Virus record (IMG/VR): IMGVR_UViG_3300032157_000216
Coordinates: 1-63,785 of that record
Strand: one strand, 5' to 3'
Source: a virus
Lineage: Duplodnaviria > Caudoviricetes
Length of the DNA: 63,785 nt
Shown here piece after piece: positions 32,678 through 44,254 of the stretch; position 1 is the first letter of the stretch; every line of letters starts with the position of its first letter. Position numbers and translations under genes: made by a program. The notes beneath the pieces were generated by a model. The model did not search any database. It saw only the letters and a program-made list of their open reading frames with translations, and had not been told where the DNA came from.

Positions 32678-32956
32678 TTAGCTCACTATGATTTGATTAC
32701 GAATTGCGTTAGCGCCAATCATTATTTGTTCATATTGATCATACTGTGCATTGGTACTACCAATAGCGGCAATGTTACTCAATGTAGAAACTGTAGTAAC
32801 TGTTGTCACAGTACCAGACGAAATTACAGTTCGCAAGTTACCACCAGAATCGGGATAGGTGCGCCCCAAAGATGAAGAAAGTTGTTCGAGATAGATTGCG
32901 ATCCTCTGAAGTGTTTCATCAAGAGCGATATCAGCAAATGCGTTTTTTAATGTCAT
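32678..32956 (-). CDS. Small hypothetical virion protein
   Basis: 92 aa ORF with a GAGGA RBS. Confidence 0.65.
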   Translation of the reverse strand: MTLKNAFADIALDETLQRIAIYLEQLSSSLGRTYPDSGGNLRTVISSGTVTTVTTVSTLSNIAAIGSTNAQYDQYEQIMIGANAIRNQIIVS

Positions 32957-32969
32957 TATTTGTCCTCAA

Positions 32970-35900
32970 TTAAACTATATTTATCCAGAAGGTAAAGTCC
33001 TCACCTGTATCACCTAACCCTGTCTGAACCCATAGATATGCTGATTCAATAGTTGGTTGTGCATCTTGTATAAACAACGGCGTAGTTGGAACTGAAAATA
33101 CTGGACTTTTTCCAAATTCAACCCATTGAGCTGAACTACCATCATTAAAATAGGTATATAATATTCCATCAGAATCATTTAGCCATCTATCACCATCTAT
33201 CGGATTTATTGGAACTGCAACAGAATATGTAAATCCACCTTCTGTGGAACTAACAGAATACCATGCGGTTGTTGTGCCTGCTGTAAAAAGTTTTGCTTCT
33301 CCTGCTGATAAAGATATTGAAGTATTTACAGTTCGACCATCAATAGATGCTCCTGAAGCTGGATAAACATTAACCGGATTAGCCGTTCTATTTGATAATG
33401 CAATGGTACGACCTACGGTTGCTGTCGGTAATGTAACACCGCCCGGATTGTTCACATTAACAGTAATTATGCTGAAATCACTAGTTAAGGCACCCTGTCC
33501 TTGAGCGTTTGTTCCTGCTGTAACTGTAGCCGATACACCAACTGTACCAGCGTTAATCTGTGGTGCTGTTAATGTTTTATTGGTTAATGTTTCAACACCG
33601 TCTAAAGTAGCTAATGTTCCTGTAGTTGGTAAGGTAACGCTGGTATTATTAGTTACAATTAAATTGGTTGTGAAGGCTCCGGTGGTTGTAAGATTACCAC
33701 CAATTGTAATTGTCTTACCTGTATTGGCAACACCCGTTCCACCATATTGTCCAGCAATAATACTACCGTTCCATGTACCAGAAGTAATTGTACCAACAGT
33801 GGTAATACTAGAACTACCCGCGGCAGGAGCAGCATATGTTGAAAAATTTCCAGCATGTAACATTATCCGCCAATTTGTCCAAGTATCAACTGTTGTGAAA
33901 CCTGTTACTTTTCTAAAATATATGGATTCATCGACACCGGTTGTCGAATGAAGTTGAAAAGTTCCTGCATCGGATGAACTTCCAGAATTCCGTCTAGATT
34001 CAATTGTATTACCAAATTCTGTTGGAAAATTTACACTGGAGGTAGTGTTTACAAAGGTAGTTACACCAACTCCTCTATCTACGTTAGCATCTGTTGCGGC
34101 TACCTGTTGAAGTCTATTTGCAGTACCTGCAGTTCCAGTAATGCTAATAGCCCAGGATCCTGTTGCTCCTGTTCCTGTTGTGGTAACCAAGGTTCCTGAT
34201 GCCGGCAAGGTAACGTTAGTATTAGCACCAACCGTTAAAGTAGTAGTAAAAGCACCTGATGTTGTAAAGTTACCGCCAATGGTAATAGTTCTGCCTGTAT
34301 TAGCGACACCAGTTCCACCATATTGACCAGCAATAATACTTCCATTCCATGTTCCAGAAGTAATTGTACCAACTGTAGCAATAGAACCAGATCCAGCAAG
34401 TGGAGATGCACCGATTGTATTATAACTAATAGTTTGTGCGGCACTACCGTTGAATGTAGATCCAGATGCGGCACCTGCACCGCCATTGTTCATTGTTAAT
34501 GCATTTGTGGTATTCGCTGTGACTGTAATATCTGCAGATCCGTTAAATGAAACACCATTGATAAGCCTTGCTGTTTGCAAAGTGGTTGCAGTGGTGGCAT
34601 TTCCACCAATACTCAAACTTGCTGCTGTACCCGTTAAGCTAGTGCCTGCTCCAGAGAACGTACCGGCCGTCATTGTACCTGAAATTGTTACCGCACTTGG
34701 TAAACTAAATGTCACTGCACCAGTAGCGGCTGATACAGCAATTTGACTGGCTGTACCTATTGCAGATGTTACACCTGTATTTCCAATTGTTACGTTACCT
34801 GTCGCACCAGATACACTAATACCTGTACCGGCAATATTACTCAAAACACCTGTATTAGAAATTACATTACCTGTAATATCAATTCCAGTACCTTCAGTAA
34901 AAGTCCCTGGACCCGATAATTGAGTAAAGACAAGACCTGTTGTTCCTATTGTAATTGGTGCTGCTGTTGTTAGCACCCAGTTAGTTCCAGCAAGTGTTCC
35001 CGATGAAATAAATGTAAAATCACCACCATCAACTTCACCAGAAGGAGAATTATCAAAATCAGTTGCTCTTGTTAGAATAGTTGCAGAAGTTCTTACATAG
35101 ATACCATTATTGGCTTGAGTTGCTTCATCTTTAACTAATATACGGTTACCGTTTGTTGTTGCAAATCCGCCGATGGTATTAAAGTTACCTGTGGTTGTTA
35201 ATGTTGCTCCAACACCGGCTGTTCCGTTTGCATAGGTAACTGTTCCTCCCGAAGAAACTGCAAGAGTGGCGGTAGTTGCTGTGTTACAAGAAGCTTTTGC
35301 GGCCAATCCTGCAGCTACGCTATCAACATATTGTTTCGTTGCTGCACCCAATGCGGCAACAGGATCAGCACTCAATACTAACAAACCAGTCATTGTATCA
35401 CCGTTCTTATTGACAGGTGTAAATCCTAATGCTGTTGTAATATCTGCTGCTAATACAGCTGAAGTTGTTGTTGTTAAACCTTTACCGTTAACAGTTATCT
35501 TCCTGAATGTATCAGACTGTGGAGAAGCATTAACTGTAGCAAGAGTTAGTGCTGAGGAAACATCTGTTGAGCCATTAAAACTTACCGTCCAGGTTGCGTC
35601 GCCCGATGCAGAAATATTTCTTGCAGTTGTTAATGTTGCAGCACTACCAGTAACACTAATGCCCCAGGATCCTGATGCGCCCGTGCCCGTAGTTGATGGC
35701 GCACCAATAGTATTATATGAAATAGTTTGAGCCGCGGCACCAGTATAAGTAGTTCCTGATGCTGCACCGGAACCACTATTATTCATTGTTAATGCATTTG
35801 GATTAGCTGCTGTAATTGTAATATCAGCAGATCCATTGAATGAAACTCCGTTAATAAGTCTAGCTGTTTGAAGTGTTGTTGCTGTAGTAGCATTTCCAGA

Positions 35901-38900
35901 TAATGCTGCTGTAATTGTACCAGCAGCAAAGTTTCCACTTCCATCTCGTTGAACAACCTTATTGGCTGTGTTAAGACTTGTAGCATCATTTGAACTTAAA
36001 AGTTGATACCAATTCATTGCTGTGGTACCAACAGTGCTGGTTGTCTTGAAGTCATTAGTGAAAGTTAATCCGCCATTAACCGTACCTTGATCAACATTAA
36101 CTGTTGCTCCACCTAATTCACTCGCTGTATCAGCATCAGCAACACGAGTAAATACAACCGAAGTACCAATTCCAGATACAACATAAATGCCATTATCGTG
36201 AAGACCGGAACCAGTGCCGCTGGTGCTATTTTTAACTAATACTCGATCACCATTGGCTAATGCCACACCATCATATGTTAACGAAGTTCCACCAATTGTT
36301 AATGTGGTTGCGGTTCTAGCAGTGATTGGTTGAATTGCTGTAGATGCAACTTTTACAGCTTTCTTTATCCATGCATCTGGAAGATATGTTAAATCAAGTG
36401 TTGTCCAAACTGGAGAGGTAGTACCAGTGCTGGTTAATGATTGTCCCGTTGTTCCTGCTGCTGTGAATAAGGTGGTACTCGGTGCCGATTGATAAGGAAC
36501 TGAGCCTGCTACACCACCAGCTAAATTAGCCACAGTAGTAACTGACAATGAAGAAGTGGTAACAGCGGTAATCAAACCTTTAGCATTTACAGTTATTATT
36601 GGTATTAACGTGCTTGATCCAAATGTTCCTATATTACTATTAACTGTTGCAAGTGTTAACGGAATTGTTGCCGCTGCCGAACCATCAAATGCCGCTGATG
36701 TACCAGTACCGTCACCCGATATACTAAATGTTCTACCAGTTTGTAAAGTTGTTGCAGTTGTCGCAGATGTTGCAGTTGTCGCAGATGTTGCATTTCCAGA
36801 TAATGATGCTGTAATAGTACCTGCGGAAAAATTACCCGAGCTGTCACGTATAACAAGTGTGCTAGGAGTATTAGCCGATGCGACGGCAGTTCCTGTTACT
36901 GTACCATTTATAATTGGAGAAGTTAATGTTTTACCAGAAAGAGTTTCTGTTCCAGTTGTTGTTGAACCACGGTACCAAGTATCTGTGTTTCTAGAGCGCC
37001 ACCACAGTTGATCAGTGCTGGTTCCCATAAGTTCGAAACCACGCTGAGTAACATCTCCGCCTCCCATGCCGAATAGATAACCTTGACCTGTTGCTGTTGG
37101 TGGACTAGTTGAAGTGCTTAGGTTGACAAATTTTGTTTCATATACTAAGATATATGTAGTGAAATCATGAGCAACATATGGGTTTAACGATGATCCCATT
37201 GGCTTCGTTGCAATAACAGTTCCAGAAACCGGAAGTGTCAATGATGTTGATCCTGTTGCAGTGAGAGTGATTGGACCGCCACCAGAAAATGTAACGTTAC
37301 CTCCGGTCGTTAAGTTACCAGCAAGTGTAAACGTCCTGCTTCCGTCAAGAAGATCAAAGAACAATGTACGATCAGCAGTGAGTGTTCCACCATGACGAAT
37401 ACCAAAGTTGAATGCACCTGTACCGGTATTGCGAAGTCTTAGATCACCACCCAGTACAGTAATATCTCCGCCGAGTGTCACATCAGTAGAAAAAGATGCT
37501 GTACCAGTAACTTGAAGTTTATTAGTAAGGTCGTCATTATTACTACCCATAAGGATACGACCAACATTTGATATTTGATATGCCGGAGTTGCTGTTGCTG
37601 TAGAAAAACTCAGAGTACCAGTCGGAGTACCGGTTGTCGGAACAGAAAACATAATAATAGAGGTGGCTGCTGTTCCTCCAAGACCGTGCATATCAAGAGT
37701 CATAGATGTGAACGAGCCGGCATCAAATACAGCCCAAACAGATACAGATCCATCCGCTTCTGTGTAAATATCAATATGTGATTGACGTGGTGCGCCCTTC
37801 TCGTATTGTACGGTTAGGGCATTTCTATTACTTGCAAGAATTCTAAATGTTGTCTTATTCAAAGAACTCCAGCCAGAATCAAATACACCATCGATCACTA
37901 AATGATCGAAAGTACCACCAGTAGAGATAGGTAACGTTGCAATTTTATAATTCGTTAATGCTCCGCCTGAAGCAACAAATTTAACGCCAAGAACTGCTCC
38001 ACCTGTGCCAGCATTATTCGTAGCGCCCGAACTAACATATGCTGGGAAAGTTGAATTAATAGCACCAGCAACCTGTAACTGATGAATACCATCATCAACT
38101 GTGGTGTTGATAAGAACGCGGCCGCCACGACGAATTGTTAAGCGATCTGCACCTGTTTCTGTAATTCGGAATGTACCTTCACCATTGCCTGTACCGGCAC
38201 CAGAACCATTAACATTGCCGCCACCAACAACAACTTGCCACTGTCTATCAAATGAACCGCCAGCAGTAGATCCGAGCTGGAGTGTGGCATTATTCGTACT
38301 ATTATTAATTGAAATATCAATAGTTGAACCAGCAGTACCATTTAGAACATTAAATCTAGTAGTAACTTCAGAAGCCTCATTAGATACACCTTGTGTCCCA
38401 ACTTTGAATCTAGCACTGTTTGGATTCGCTGTTGTCCCAACTAATAGGTTACCAGTATATGTCAATCTCATACGTTCGGTATTCGCAGTTGCTACAACAA
38501 AATCAGGTTGATTAGAAAACGCTAACTGGGATTCTGAATAAAGATAAACTCCTTTTGCACCTTCTGTGGCATCACTTTCAAAACTCTGTTTAAATGCAAT
38601 ACCGAGTCGACGAGTTGCAACCGTTGCATCAGTGTTTGAATGACGAATCGTCATTAATTCATTGTACGAACCGGCGGCAGAACCTGTTGTTACTTCTACC
38701 TTTGGTATTACACTAGCAAAAGGTCCGCTTGCGAATAAAGTTGTTGGAGATGCACCTGCACCAAGATTCCAGTCACCATTTGCGTCTAATCTACCACGAG
38801 ACCCACTGTTTGACCAAAAATCCATATATTCATTTGCAGTTGAACTACCACGAATAAAACTGAGACCAGCAGCCATAGTTCCTGCGCCTGTAAAGCGTGT

Positions 38901-40364
38901 ACCAAAGCTTGCAATTTCTTGACCGGAAGCATTAGTATTAGATCCATTTGCTGCCCACAATTTAAAGTTAGTGTCAGCGCCTGTACCCATGCTGGCCAGT
39001 TGAGCTGTTTGAGTAAGTGCCGTTGTTGATGACATTGCTAATGTACTGGTAAAGTTCGATGCTGCAATAGAATTTGTAGCTTGCTTCCAGATACGAGCCT
39101 GCCATACATCACCGGCGGTACCAGTAGTTGTAGTAAATGCAACTACAATACCATTACTTAATGTTGTATTACCGGTTGTAATTGGGAGACCTGATGCCAC
39201 AATCGGCCCAGTGTTATATGAGCCAGTTCCATGAGAGAATGTTGTTCCACCTACATCAATCTTAATCCAAATTACATCACCGAGACCACCACCGGTATAA
39301 CCCGATACTGTAAACACTGTAAGATCAAGTGTACTACCAATAATACGAAGCTTAGATAAAGTATTAAAAAATTGTTGAAATTGTAATGTTGTTCCAGTTC
39401 CCGGATTGGCTGTTGAATAATAAATTCCAGATGATTGTGATAATGCTGCACGTAAATCAATACTTGTTCCTAAAAATCTAAGTGATTTACCACCCATCCA
39501 CAATGGAACCCACAAACCATTTGCACCTTGATGATCTGTGAAACGCCATTGAAACATATCCGAAGGTGAATCAGGGTTGTCGTACATCGTGAACTCATAC
39601 ATCGTCTGATCAGATAATGTTTCTGTGACAGAAATACCGGCGCCATCTGTAGAACGAGTAAATGTGAAACCATTAGAAAAACCAATACCAGGATCAGCAA
39701 TTGTCAAGAAGTTATTCTGACCAGCCATACCGGTACCCATTGTTAATGGACCCCTGGTAGATAAAGAACCAAATGGATTCAATGTCATTGTATTTGTGAT
39801 GCCACTGTACCACTTAAAGTTACCATTTGTTGTATCGGAAGCACTAAACCACAAGGCTCCCGATTCAGCACCTATTCCATAATCAACAGCAGTTCCAGAT
39901 AATGTTTCATAAAGAACAAGTTTAGTACCAACACTTCTAGTAGTAAACGTTGGAGCTCCAAGCCCGATAGCATTGAAGTCAATCCAATTCATTGTTGAAC
40001 CATTAAGATTCAATGATGGAACAGTTGTGCTACCAGTAGCGGTAATTGTCTGTGGTCCAGTGAAAGTATTAGAACCAGTTGTAGCTCTATCAGCAAATGA
40101 TAAAATACCTGTACCATCAGTTATAAGAACTTGTCCGCTGAAACCAGTACCTGTTGGAATTGTGAGATTGTTTAATTTAGGAGCTAACCATACGCCGCCA
40201 ATTCGAGTGTTAAGCTTATTCGTTCCGTTATCAAGCCAATAATCTCCATTCTTAATAGTATTTGAACCAACTGGATCAACTGAACCTTGATAGATTGTGG
40301 TACCGGCTTTACCAATCGTGAAGGCTGGTACACTCGTGCCTTTGGCATTGATTGTAACTGACAT
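32970..40364 (-). CDS. Very long (2464 aa) tail fibre / adhesin-like protein
   Basis: Thr/Gly/Ser-rich; shares repeated modules with 27221-31258. Confidence 0.85.
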   Translation of the reverse strand: MSVTINAKGTSVPAFTIGKAGTTIYQGSVDPVGSNTIKNGDYWLDNGTNKLNTRIGGVWLAPKLNNLTIPTGTGFSGQVLITDGTGILSFADRATTGSNTFTGPQTITATGSTTVPSLNLNGSTMNWIDFNAIGLGAPTFTTRSVGTKLVLYETLSGTAVDYGIGAESGALWFSASDTTNGNFKWYSGITNTMTLNPFGSLSTRGPLTMGTGMAGQNNFLTIADPGIGFSNGFTFTRSTDGAGISVTETLSDQTMYEFTMYDNPDSPSDMFQWRFTDHQGANGLWVPLWMGGKSLRFLGTSIDLRAALSQSSGIYYSTANPGTGTTLQFQQFFNTLSKLRIIGSTLDLTVFTVSGYTGGGLGDVIWIKIDVGGTTFSHGTGSYNTGPIVASGLPITTGNTTLSNGIVVAFTTTTGTAGDVWQARIWKQATNSIAASNFTSTLAMSSTTALTQTAQLASMGTGADTNFKLWAANGSNTNASGQEIASFGTRFTGAGTMAAGLSFIRGSSTANEYMDFWSNSGSRGRLDANGDWNLGAGASPTTLFASGPFASVIPKVEVTTGSAAGSYNELMTIRHSNTDATVATRRLGIAFKQSFESDATEGAKGVYLYSESQLAFSNQPDFVVATANTERMRLTYTGNLLVGTTANPNSARFKVGTQGVSNEASEVTTRFNVLNGTAGSTIDISINNSTNNATLQLGSTAGGSFDRQWQVVVGGGNVNGSGAGTGNGEGTFRITETGADRLTIRRGGRVLINTTVDDGIHQLQVAGAINSTFPAYVSSGATNNAGTGGAVLGVKFVASGGALTNYKIATLPISTGGTFDHLVIDGVFDSGWSSLNKTTFRILASNRNALTVQYEKGAPRQSHIDIYTEADGSVSVWAVFDAGSFTSMTLDMHGLGGTAATSIIMFSVPTTGTPTGTLSFSTATATPAYQISNVGRILMGSNNDDLTNKLQVTGTASFSTDVTLGGDITVLGGDLRLRNTGTGAFNFGIRHGGTLTADRTLFFDLLDGSRTFTLAGNLTTGGNVTFSGGGPITLTATGSTSLTLPVSGTVIATKPMGSSLNPYVAHDFTTYILVYETKFVNLSTSTSPPTATGQGYLFGMGGGDVTQRGFELMGTSTDQLWWRSRNTDTWYRGSTTTGTETLSGKTLTSPIINGTVTGTAVASANTPSTLVIRDSSGNFSAGTITASLSGNATSATTATSATTATTLQTGRTFSISGDGTGTSAAFDGSAAATIPLTLATVNSNIGTFGSSTLIPIITVNAKGLITAVTTSSLSVTTVANLAGGVAGSVPYQSAPSTTLFTAAGTTGQSLTSTGTTSPVWTTLDLTYLPDAWIKKAVKVASTAIQPITARTATTLTIGGTSLTYDGVALANGDRVLVKNSTSGTGSGLHDNGIYVVSGIGTSVVFTRVADADTASELGGATVNVDQGTVNGGLTFTNDFKTTSTVGTTAMNWYQLLSSNDATSLNTANKVVQRDGSGNFAAGTITAALSGNATTATTLQTARLINGVSFNGSADITITAANPNALTMNNSGSGAASGTTYTGAAAQTISYNTIGAPSTTGTGASGSWGISVTGSAATLTTARNISASGDATWTVSFNGSTDVSSALTLATVNASPQSDTFRKITVNGKGLTTTTSAVLAADITTALGFTPVNKNGDTMTGLLVLSADPVAALGAATKQYVDSVAAGLAAKASCNTATTATLAVSSGGTVTYANGTAGVGATLTTTGNFNTIGGFATTNGNRILVKDEATQANNGIYVRTSATILTRATDFDNSPSGEVDGGDFTFISSGTLAGTNWVLTTAAPITIGTTGLVFTQLSGPGTFTEGTGIDITGNVISNTGVLSNIAGTGISVSGATGNVTIGNTGVTSAIGTASQIAVSAATGAVTFSLPSAVTISGTMTAGTFSGAGTSLTGTAASLSIGGNATTATTLQTARLINGVSFNGSADITVTANTTNALTMNNGGAGAASGSTFNGSAAQTISYNTIGASPLAGSGSIATVGTITSGTWNGSIIAGQYGGTGVANTGRTITIGGNFTTSGAFTTTLTVGANTNVTLPASGTLVTTTGTGATGSWAISITGTAGTANRLQQVAATDANVDRGVGVTTFVNTTSSVNFPTEFGNTIESRRNSGSSSDAGTFQLHSTTGVDESIYFRKVTGFTTVDTWTNWRIMLHAGNFSTYAAPAAGSSSITTVGTITSGTWNGSIIAGQYGGTGVANTGKTITIGGNLTTTGAFTTNLIVTNNTSVTLPTTGTLATLDGVETLTNKTLTAPQINAGTVGVSATVTAGTNAQGQGALTSDFSIITVNVNNPGGVTLPTATVGRTIALSNRTANPVNVYPASGASIDGRTVNTSISLSAGEAKLFTAGTTTAWYSVSSTEGGFTYSVAVPINPIDGDRWLNDSDGILYTYFNDGSSAQWVEFGKSPVFSVPTTPLFIQDAQPTIESAYLWVQTGLGDTGEDFTFWINIV

Positions 40365-40494
40365 AAGTTCTCCCGTTCAGGTTTTACCCTGTCTAGCATT
40401 GATGCTAGTCATCTCTTATTCATTATTTATCAATAAATAGAATTATTACATTTGTATAAAATCATTTTAGATAAATACATGAATAAGGAGTTAT

Positions 40495-41871
40495 ATGGGT
40501 AGAATTTCACTTTGGAATCCAGTTAAAGGGGCAGATTATTTGTTCGTAGATCAAACTATAGGTGAAAACTTTAGAATTTCTGGAGATGCAGTTTTAGTAC
40601 ATATGTATGAAGGACCAACAACTGATGCACAAGGAAATCCTAATCCAGGTATCGGTTCAATTCAGGATGTTCTTTTTCTTACTAATACCAATCGCATATA
40701 TAATCCAAATGTTATTGAACTAAGAGGTCATCATGAACCACAGGATGTGACTTATGATCTTTCACAGTTTGGTGTATTCTTAAGTTCAGATGTAATTCGT
40801 ATTACATTTCATTATAATGATATGCTCGATGCGTTAGGAAGAAAACTTATTGCTGGAGATGTTTTAGAGTTTCCAAGCATGAGAGATGTTCCAATCTTTG
40901 ATAATGCAGTCGGTATAAATAGATATTACGCTGTTCAAGATGCTCTATATGCTGCCAAAGGATATGGACAAAAATGGTTCCCACACATTTGGTTGGTGAG
41001 AGCAAAACAAATGACTTCGTCCCCAGAATTTTCTCAGATTATTGATCAGGCAGGATCAGGACAAACTGCTGGAGGTGTAGGACAAGGTATTGGTGTAATG
41101 CCACCAGGCTTCACTGATACATCAGATCCAAGTGGTAATCCGGGAATAGGATGTGATCCAAATATTAGAAACTCATTAGACTTATTCTGCGAAATTATTA
41201 AGATTGGTGATGAAGTTGTAGCAGAAGCACAAAGAAATGCTTTCTTTGATCCTAAATTCTTTGAAAGTGCAAATCTTTATATCTATTTGGATCCTAATAC
41301 CGGGGATCCAAATGATCAAACCACATGGTATCCTATAATAGGTAGTAACTATTTTAGTGGAGATGGTGCTCCACCAAACTTATCAACAAACAATCTTCAG
41401 AACTTGGTACCGTCGGGGCCACTTGTTGGTGCTGGTGTTTCTTTTCCAGAAGGAATGACAGATGGACAATACTATTTGAGGCTTGATTATTATCCAGAAA
41501 GATTATTCCAAAAACAAGGTAACTGTTATAAACTTATCGAGGTAAATGTTTTGAAAATATGGACTGCATACAACAGAGTGCTTGATACATTCATTGATAA
41601 CAATAGAGATACTGTTCTGTCTGATGGAACTATTATTCCAGAAAAACAAGCCATATCTCAAGTTATAAAACAAAAAGTTGATTTATATGCAGCAAGAAAA
41701 GTTAAAGTTCTTGCCGATGAAAAGGTACGTTCTGATGAAGCTGAAAGAAGAGCAGCACTTCGAGGGAATAGTTCTAACGAAGGCGCACCGGGCATTCCAC
41801 CGCAAGGAACTCCTATTCCAGGAGTGGGAGATCCCATTATAAATCCTAACGATCCATTCAATAACATATAA
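40495..41871 (+). CDS. Putative neck / head-closure protein (T4 gp14-like)
   Basis: DLSQFG.FL..D.I.I.FH motif, GDVLEFP; position before the gp15-like gene. Confidence 0.6.
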   Translation: MGRISLWNPVKGADYLFVDQTIGENFRISGDAVLVHMYEGPTTDAQGNPNPGIGSIQDVLFLTNTNRIYNPNVIELRGHHEPQDVTYDLSQFGVFLSSDVIRITFHYNDMLDALGRKLIAGDVLEFPSMRDVPIFDNAVGINRYYAVQDALYAAKGYGQKWFPHIWLVRAKQMTSSPEFSQIIDQAGSGQTAGGVGQGIGVMPPGFTDTSDPSGNPGIGCDPNIRNSLDLFCEIIKIGDEVVAEAQRNAFFDPKFFESANLYIYLDPNTGDPNDQTTWYPIIGSNYFSGDGAPPNLSTNNLQNLVPSGPLVGAGVSFPEGMTDGQYYLRLDYYPERLFQKQGNCYKLIEVNVLKIWTAYNRVLDTFIDNNRDTVLSDGTIIPEKQAISQVIKQKVDLYAARKVKVLADEKVRSDEAERRAALRGNSSNEGAPGIPPQGTPIPGVGDPIINPNDPFNNI

Positions 41872-42721
41872 GAGGTAGACTTGAATAATCTTTATCTCTT
41901 ACATAGAGAAATTTATATCCTTTAGATATAATTAATCTCTCTTTTATTTTTAGTAATCCAGGACATCTTTTTTCTTGTAAATTTTCTATATACCAAGATT
42001 TTATCTCAATAATATATTCATCATCTAAAATATAATCTGGAGCATAGAAATTATATGGATAATCTTCGGAGGTAAAACACGGAGAATTTTTAATTCTCAA
42101 TAATAGATTGTTTTTTTCACAAAATTCTAAAAAATCTAATTCATAACTTGATTGATAAATTAAATTTGTATCTTTATATTTCTTTTTCTTAAATCTTGTT
42201 TCTTTATTATGTAATCCTAATTCGCTATTTTTAATATATGTTTCTTTTTTCTTTAATTGACAATCTTCAATATAATTTGGATTATTATCTTTAAATCTCT
42301 TACTCCTCTTTTTTTGTTCATTTGAACCAATATATCTTTCCTTAAAATATTTCTTTACACATAGGTCTAATCCAGATTTGTGTTGTTCTTTTGCTTTATC
42401 TGATTGTGATTTTCTATATTCAGCGCTTCTATCAGATTCAAGAAATTCCCTTGATGCTTTTATTCTCTTTTCCTGAAAATCTTTATTATTTAAATTTAAG
42501 TTTCTCATTGTATTTGAACGCAGGTCTTTTGCTGCTGAAGACATTAATGGAGCATTAGGAAATTTTTCTTGATATTCTTTTTTTGTAATATTGTAATTTT
42601 TCTTTAATGTTCTTTCTTGTATAATCTTTCTCTTACTTCCGTCTATTAGACAAACTATTAATTCATAGGTATGGTCAGGAAAATTTATATCTATATCTTT
42701 TGGGTTAGGTCCATTATACAT
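41858..42721 (-). CDS. Putative free-standing PD-(D/E)xK (TnsA-like) endonuclease
   Basis: YQSSYELDF and YAPDY......IIEIK; very AT-rich; inserted antisense between structural genes. Confidence 0.75.
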   Translation of the reverse strand: MYNGPNPKDIDINFPDHTYELIVCLIDGSKRKIIQERTLKKNYNITKKEYQEKFPNAPLMSSAAKDLRSNTMRNLNLNNKDFQEKRIKASREFLESDRSAEYRKSQSDKAKEQHKSGLDLCVKKYFKERYIGSNEQKKRSKRFKDNNPNYIEDCQLKKKETYIKNSELGLHNKETRFKKKKYKDTNLIYQSSYELDFLEFCEKNNLLLRIKNSPCFTSEDYPYNFYAPDYILDDEYIIEIKSWYIENLQEKRCPGLLKIKERLIISKGYKFLYVRDKDYSSLPLICY

Positions 42722-42811
42722 TTTTTTAGATCGCCTTATTTGTGTATCGTAAATTATTTATCATCAATAAGATAAATAGTCGTATATTATTGATTAAGGA
42801 GTTTCCATCCA

Positions 42812-44254
42812 ATGGATTTCTTTTATGACGGCCAAATTCGTCGTTATCTCGTCCAATTTCAAAGAATTTTCTCTGATATAAAAATCAGAAATGGCCCCGA
42901 TGCGAATGGACTTTATACAATTCAAAGAGTTCCAATCTTATATGGTGATCCATCTTGGGTTGTAGCACAACTTATCAAAGGCGGTAGTGAAAATACATTA
43001 TTACCATCTCCATTGTTCAGTTATTGGATTGATAGCATTGATATATCTCCAAAGCGTAGACAAGATACTCAATATGTCGGTAAGTTATCCACAGTAGAAA
43101 GAGAGTTTACTGGTAGCGAGTATACCAATCAACCCGGTGTAAGGCAGGATGTAGAAAGATATATGCCTGTTCCATATGATGCGACATTCAAACTTGATCT
43201 ATGGACAACAAACGTAAATACCAAACTCCAAATTGTAGAACAAATTCTAACAATTTTCAATCCATCTGTACAAATTCAACAGAATAGTAATATTCTCGAT
43301 TGGACAAGTATTTTTGAAGTTTGGTTAGAAGGATACACTTGGACTAATCGTTCTATTCCACAGGGCGGGGAAGATGTCCGTGACGTCACAAGTTTCAAGT
43401 TTAAGGTTCCAATTTGGATCAATCCACCTGCTAAACTTAAGAGAAGTGGTCTTATTGCTCAGATTGTTGAAAGAGTTTATAATGTAGCAGATGTTGATTA
43501 TGTTAGGGATCATCTTGATAAAGAATATGACCCATTCTCGTGCTTTGATAACATACCAATACAGATTGTTACCACTGAAGGAAACCATAAGATCTCTGTA
43601 GAGAGAAGTGGCGCTATTGAGAAAATCACATTGCTTAACGAATTTGGGCAGGCGGATCCGCTACTTAGTTGGTTCGACCTCATACAAAAATACGGGCAGA
43701 TTACACCGAATATCACTAAAATTCGGCTAAAACTTGACCCTGATCTTGACGTCACAGACACAGACGTTATAGGCGGCATAGAGCAAGATCCTGATCATCA
43801 AAATGTCTTGTTTTTTACGCCTGATTTAGATACATTACCACCAAATACAATTCTGCCTATTACAGCTATCATTGATCCTGCAGAAGTATGGCCGGGAAAT
43901 GGATTACCATTGGCCGCTTCTGGTCAAAGGTATTTGTTGACTTCTTCGACAAGTGCAGGAGAGGAGCCTGCAATTCCTCCAAATGTTCCCACAAATCCTT
44001 GGGGACAATTTATAATTGCTTATCCAAATGATATTATTGAATATAACGGTATAGGTTGGAGAGTTGTATTTGATTCACAAAATTCTACTGGTGTAAATTA
44101 TGTTATAAATAATGCAAACTCGAGCCAATACCAATTTAATTCTGAAACTCAAGAATGGACATATACCTATTATGGACAATATGGTCCCGGCTATTGGCGC
44201 ATAGATAATATAATACATGCACCAGATGGAACAACAGTTCACAACTACGAATAA
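42812..44254 (+). CDS. Tail completion / sheath stabiliser (T4 gp15-like)
   Basis: FFYD.QIRRY..QF..IFS.I, VPI.YG, MPVPY and QI.EQIL..FNP. Confidence 0.8.
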   Translation: MDFFYDGQIRRYLVQFQRIFSDIKIRNGPDANGLYTIQRVPILYGDPSWVVAQLIKGGSENTLLPSPLFSYWIDSIDISPKRRQDTQYVGKLSTVEREFTGSEYTNQPGVRQDVERYMPVPYDATFKLDLWTTNVNTKLQIVEQILTIFNPSVQIQQNSNILDWTSIFEVWLEGYTWTNRSIPQGGEDVRDVTSFKFKVPIWINPPAKLKRSGLIAQIVERVYNVADVDYVRDHLDKEYDPFSCFDNIPIQIVTTEGNHKISVERSGAIEKITLLNEFGQADPLLSWFDLIQKYGQITPNITKIRLKLDPDLDVTDTDVIGGIEQDPDHQNVLFFTPDLDTLPPNTILPITAIIDPAEVWPGNGLPLAASGQRYLLTSSTSAGEEPAIPPNVPTNPWGQFIIAYPNDIIEYNGIGWRVVFDSQNSTGVNYVINNANSSQYQFNSETQEWTYTYYGQYGPGYWRIDNIIHAPDGTTVHNYE

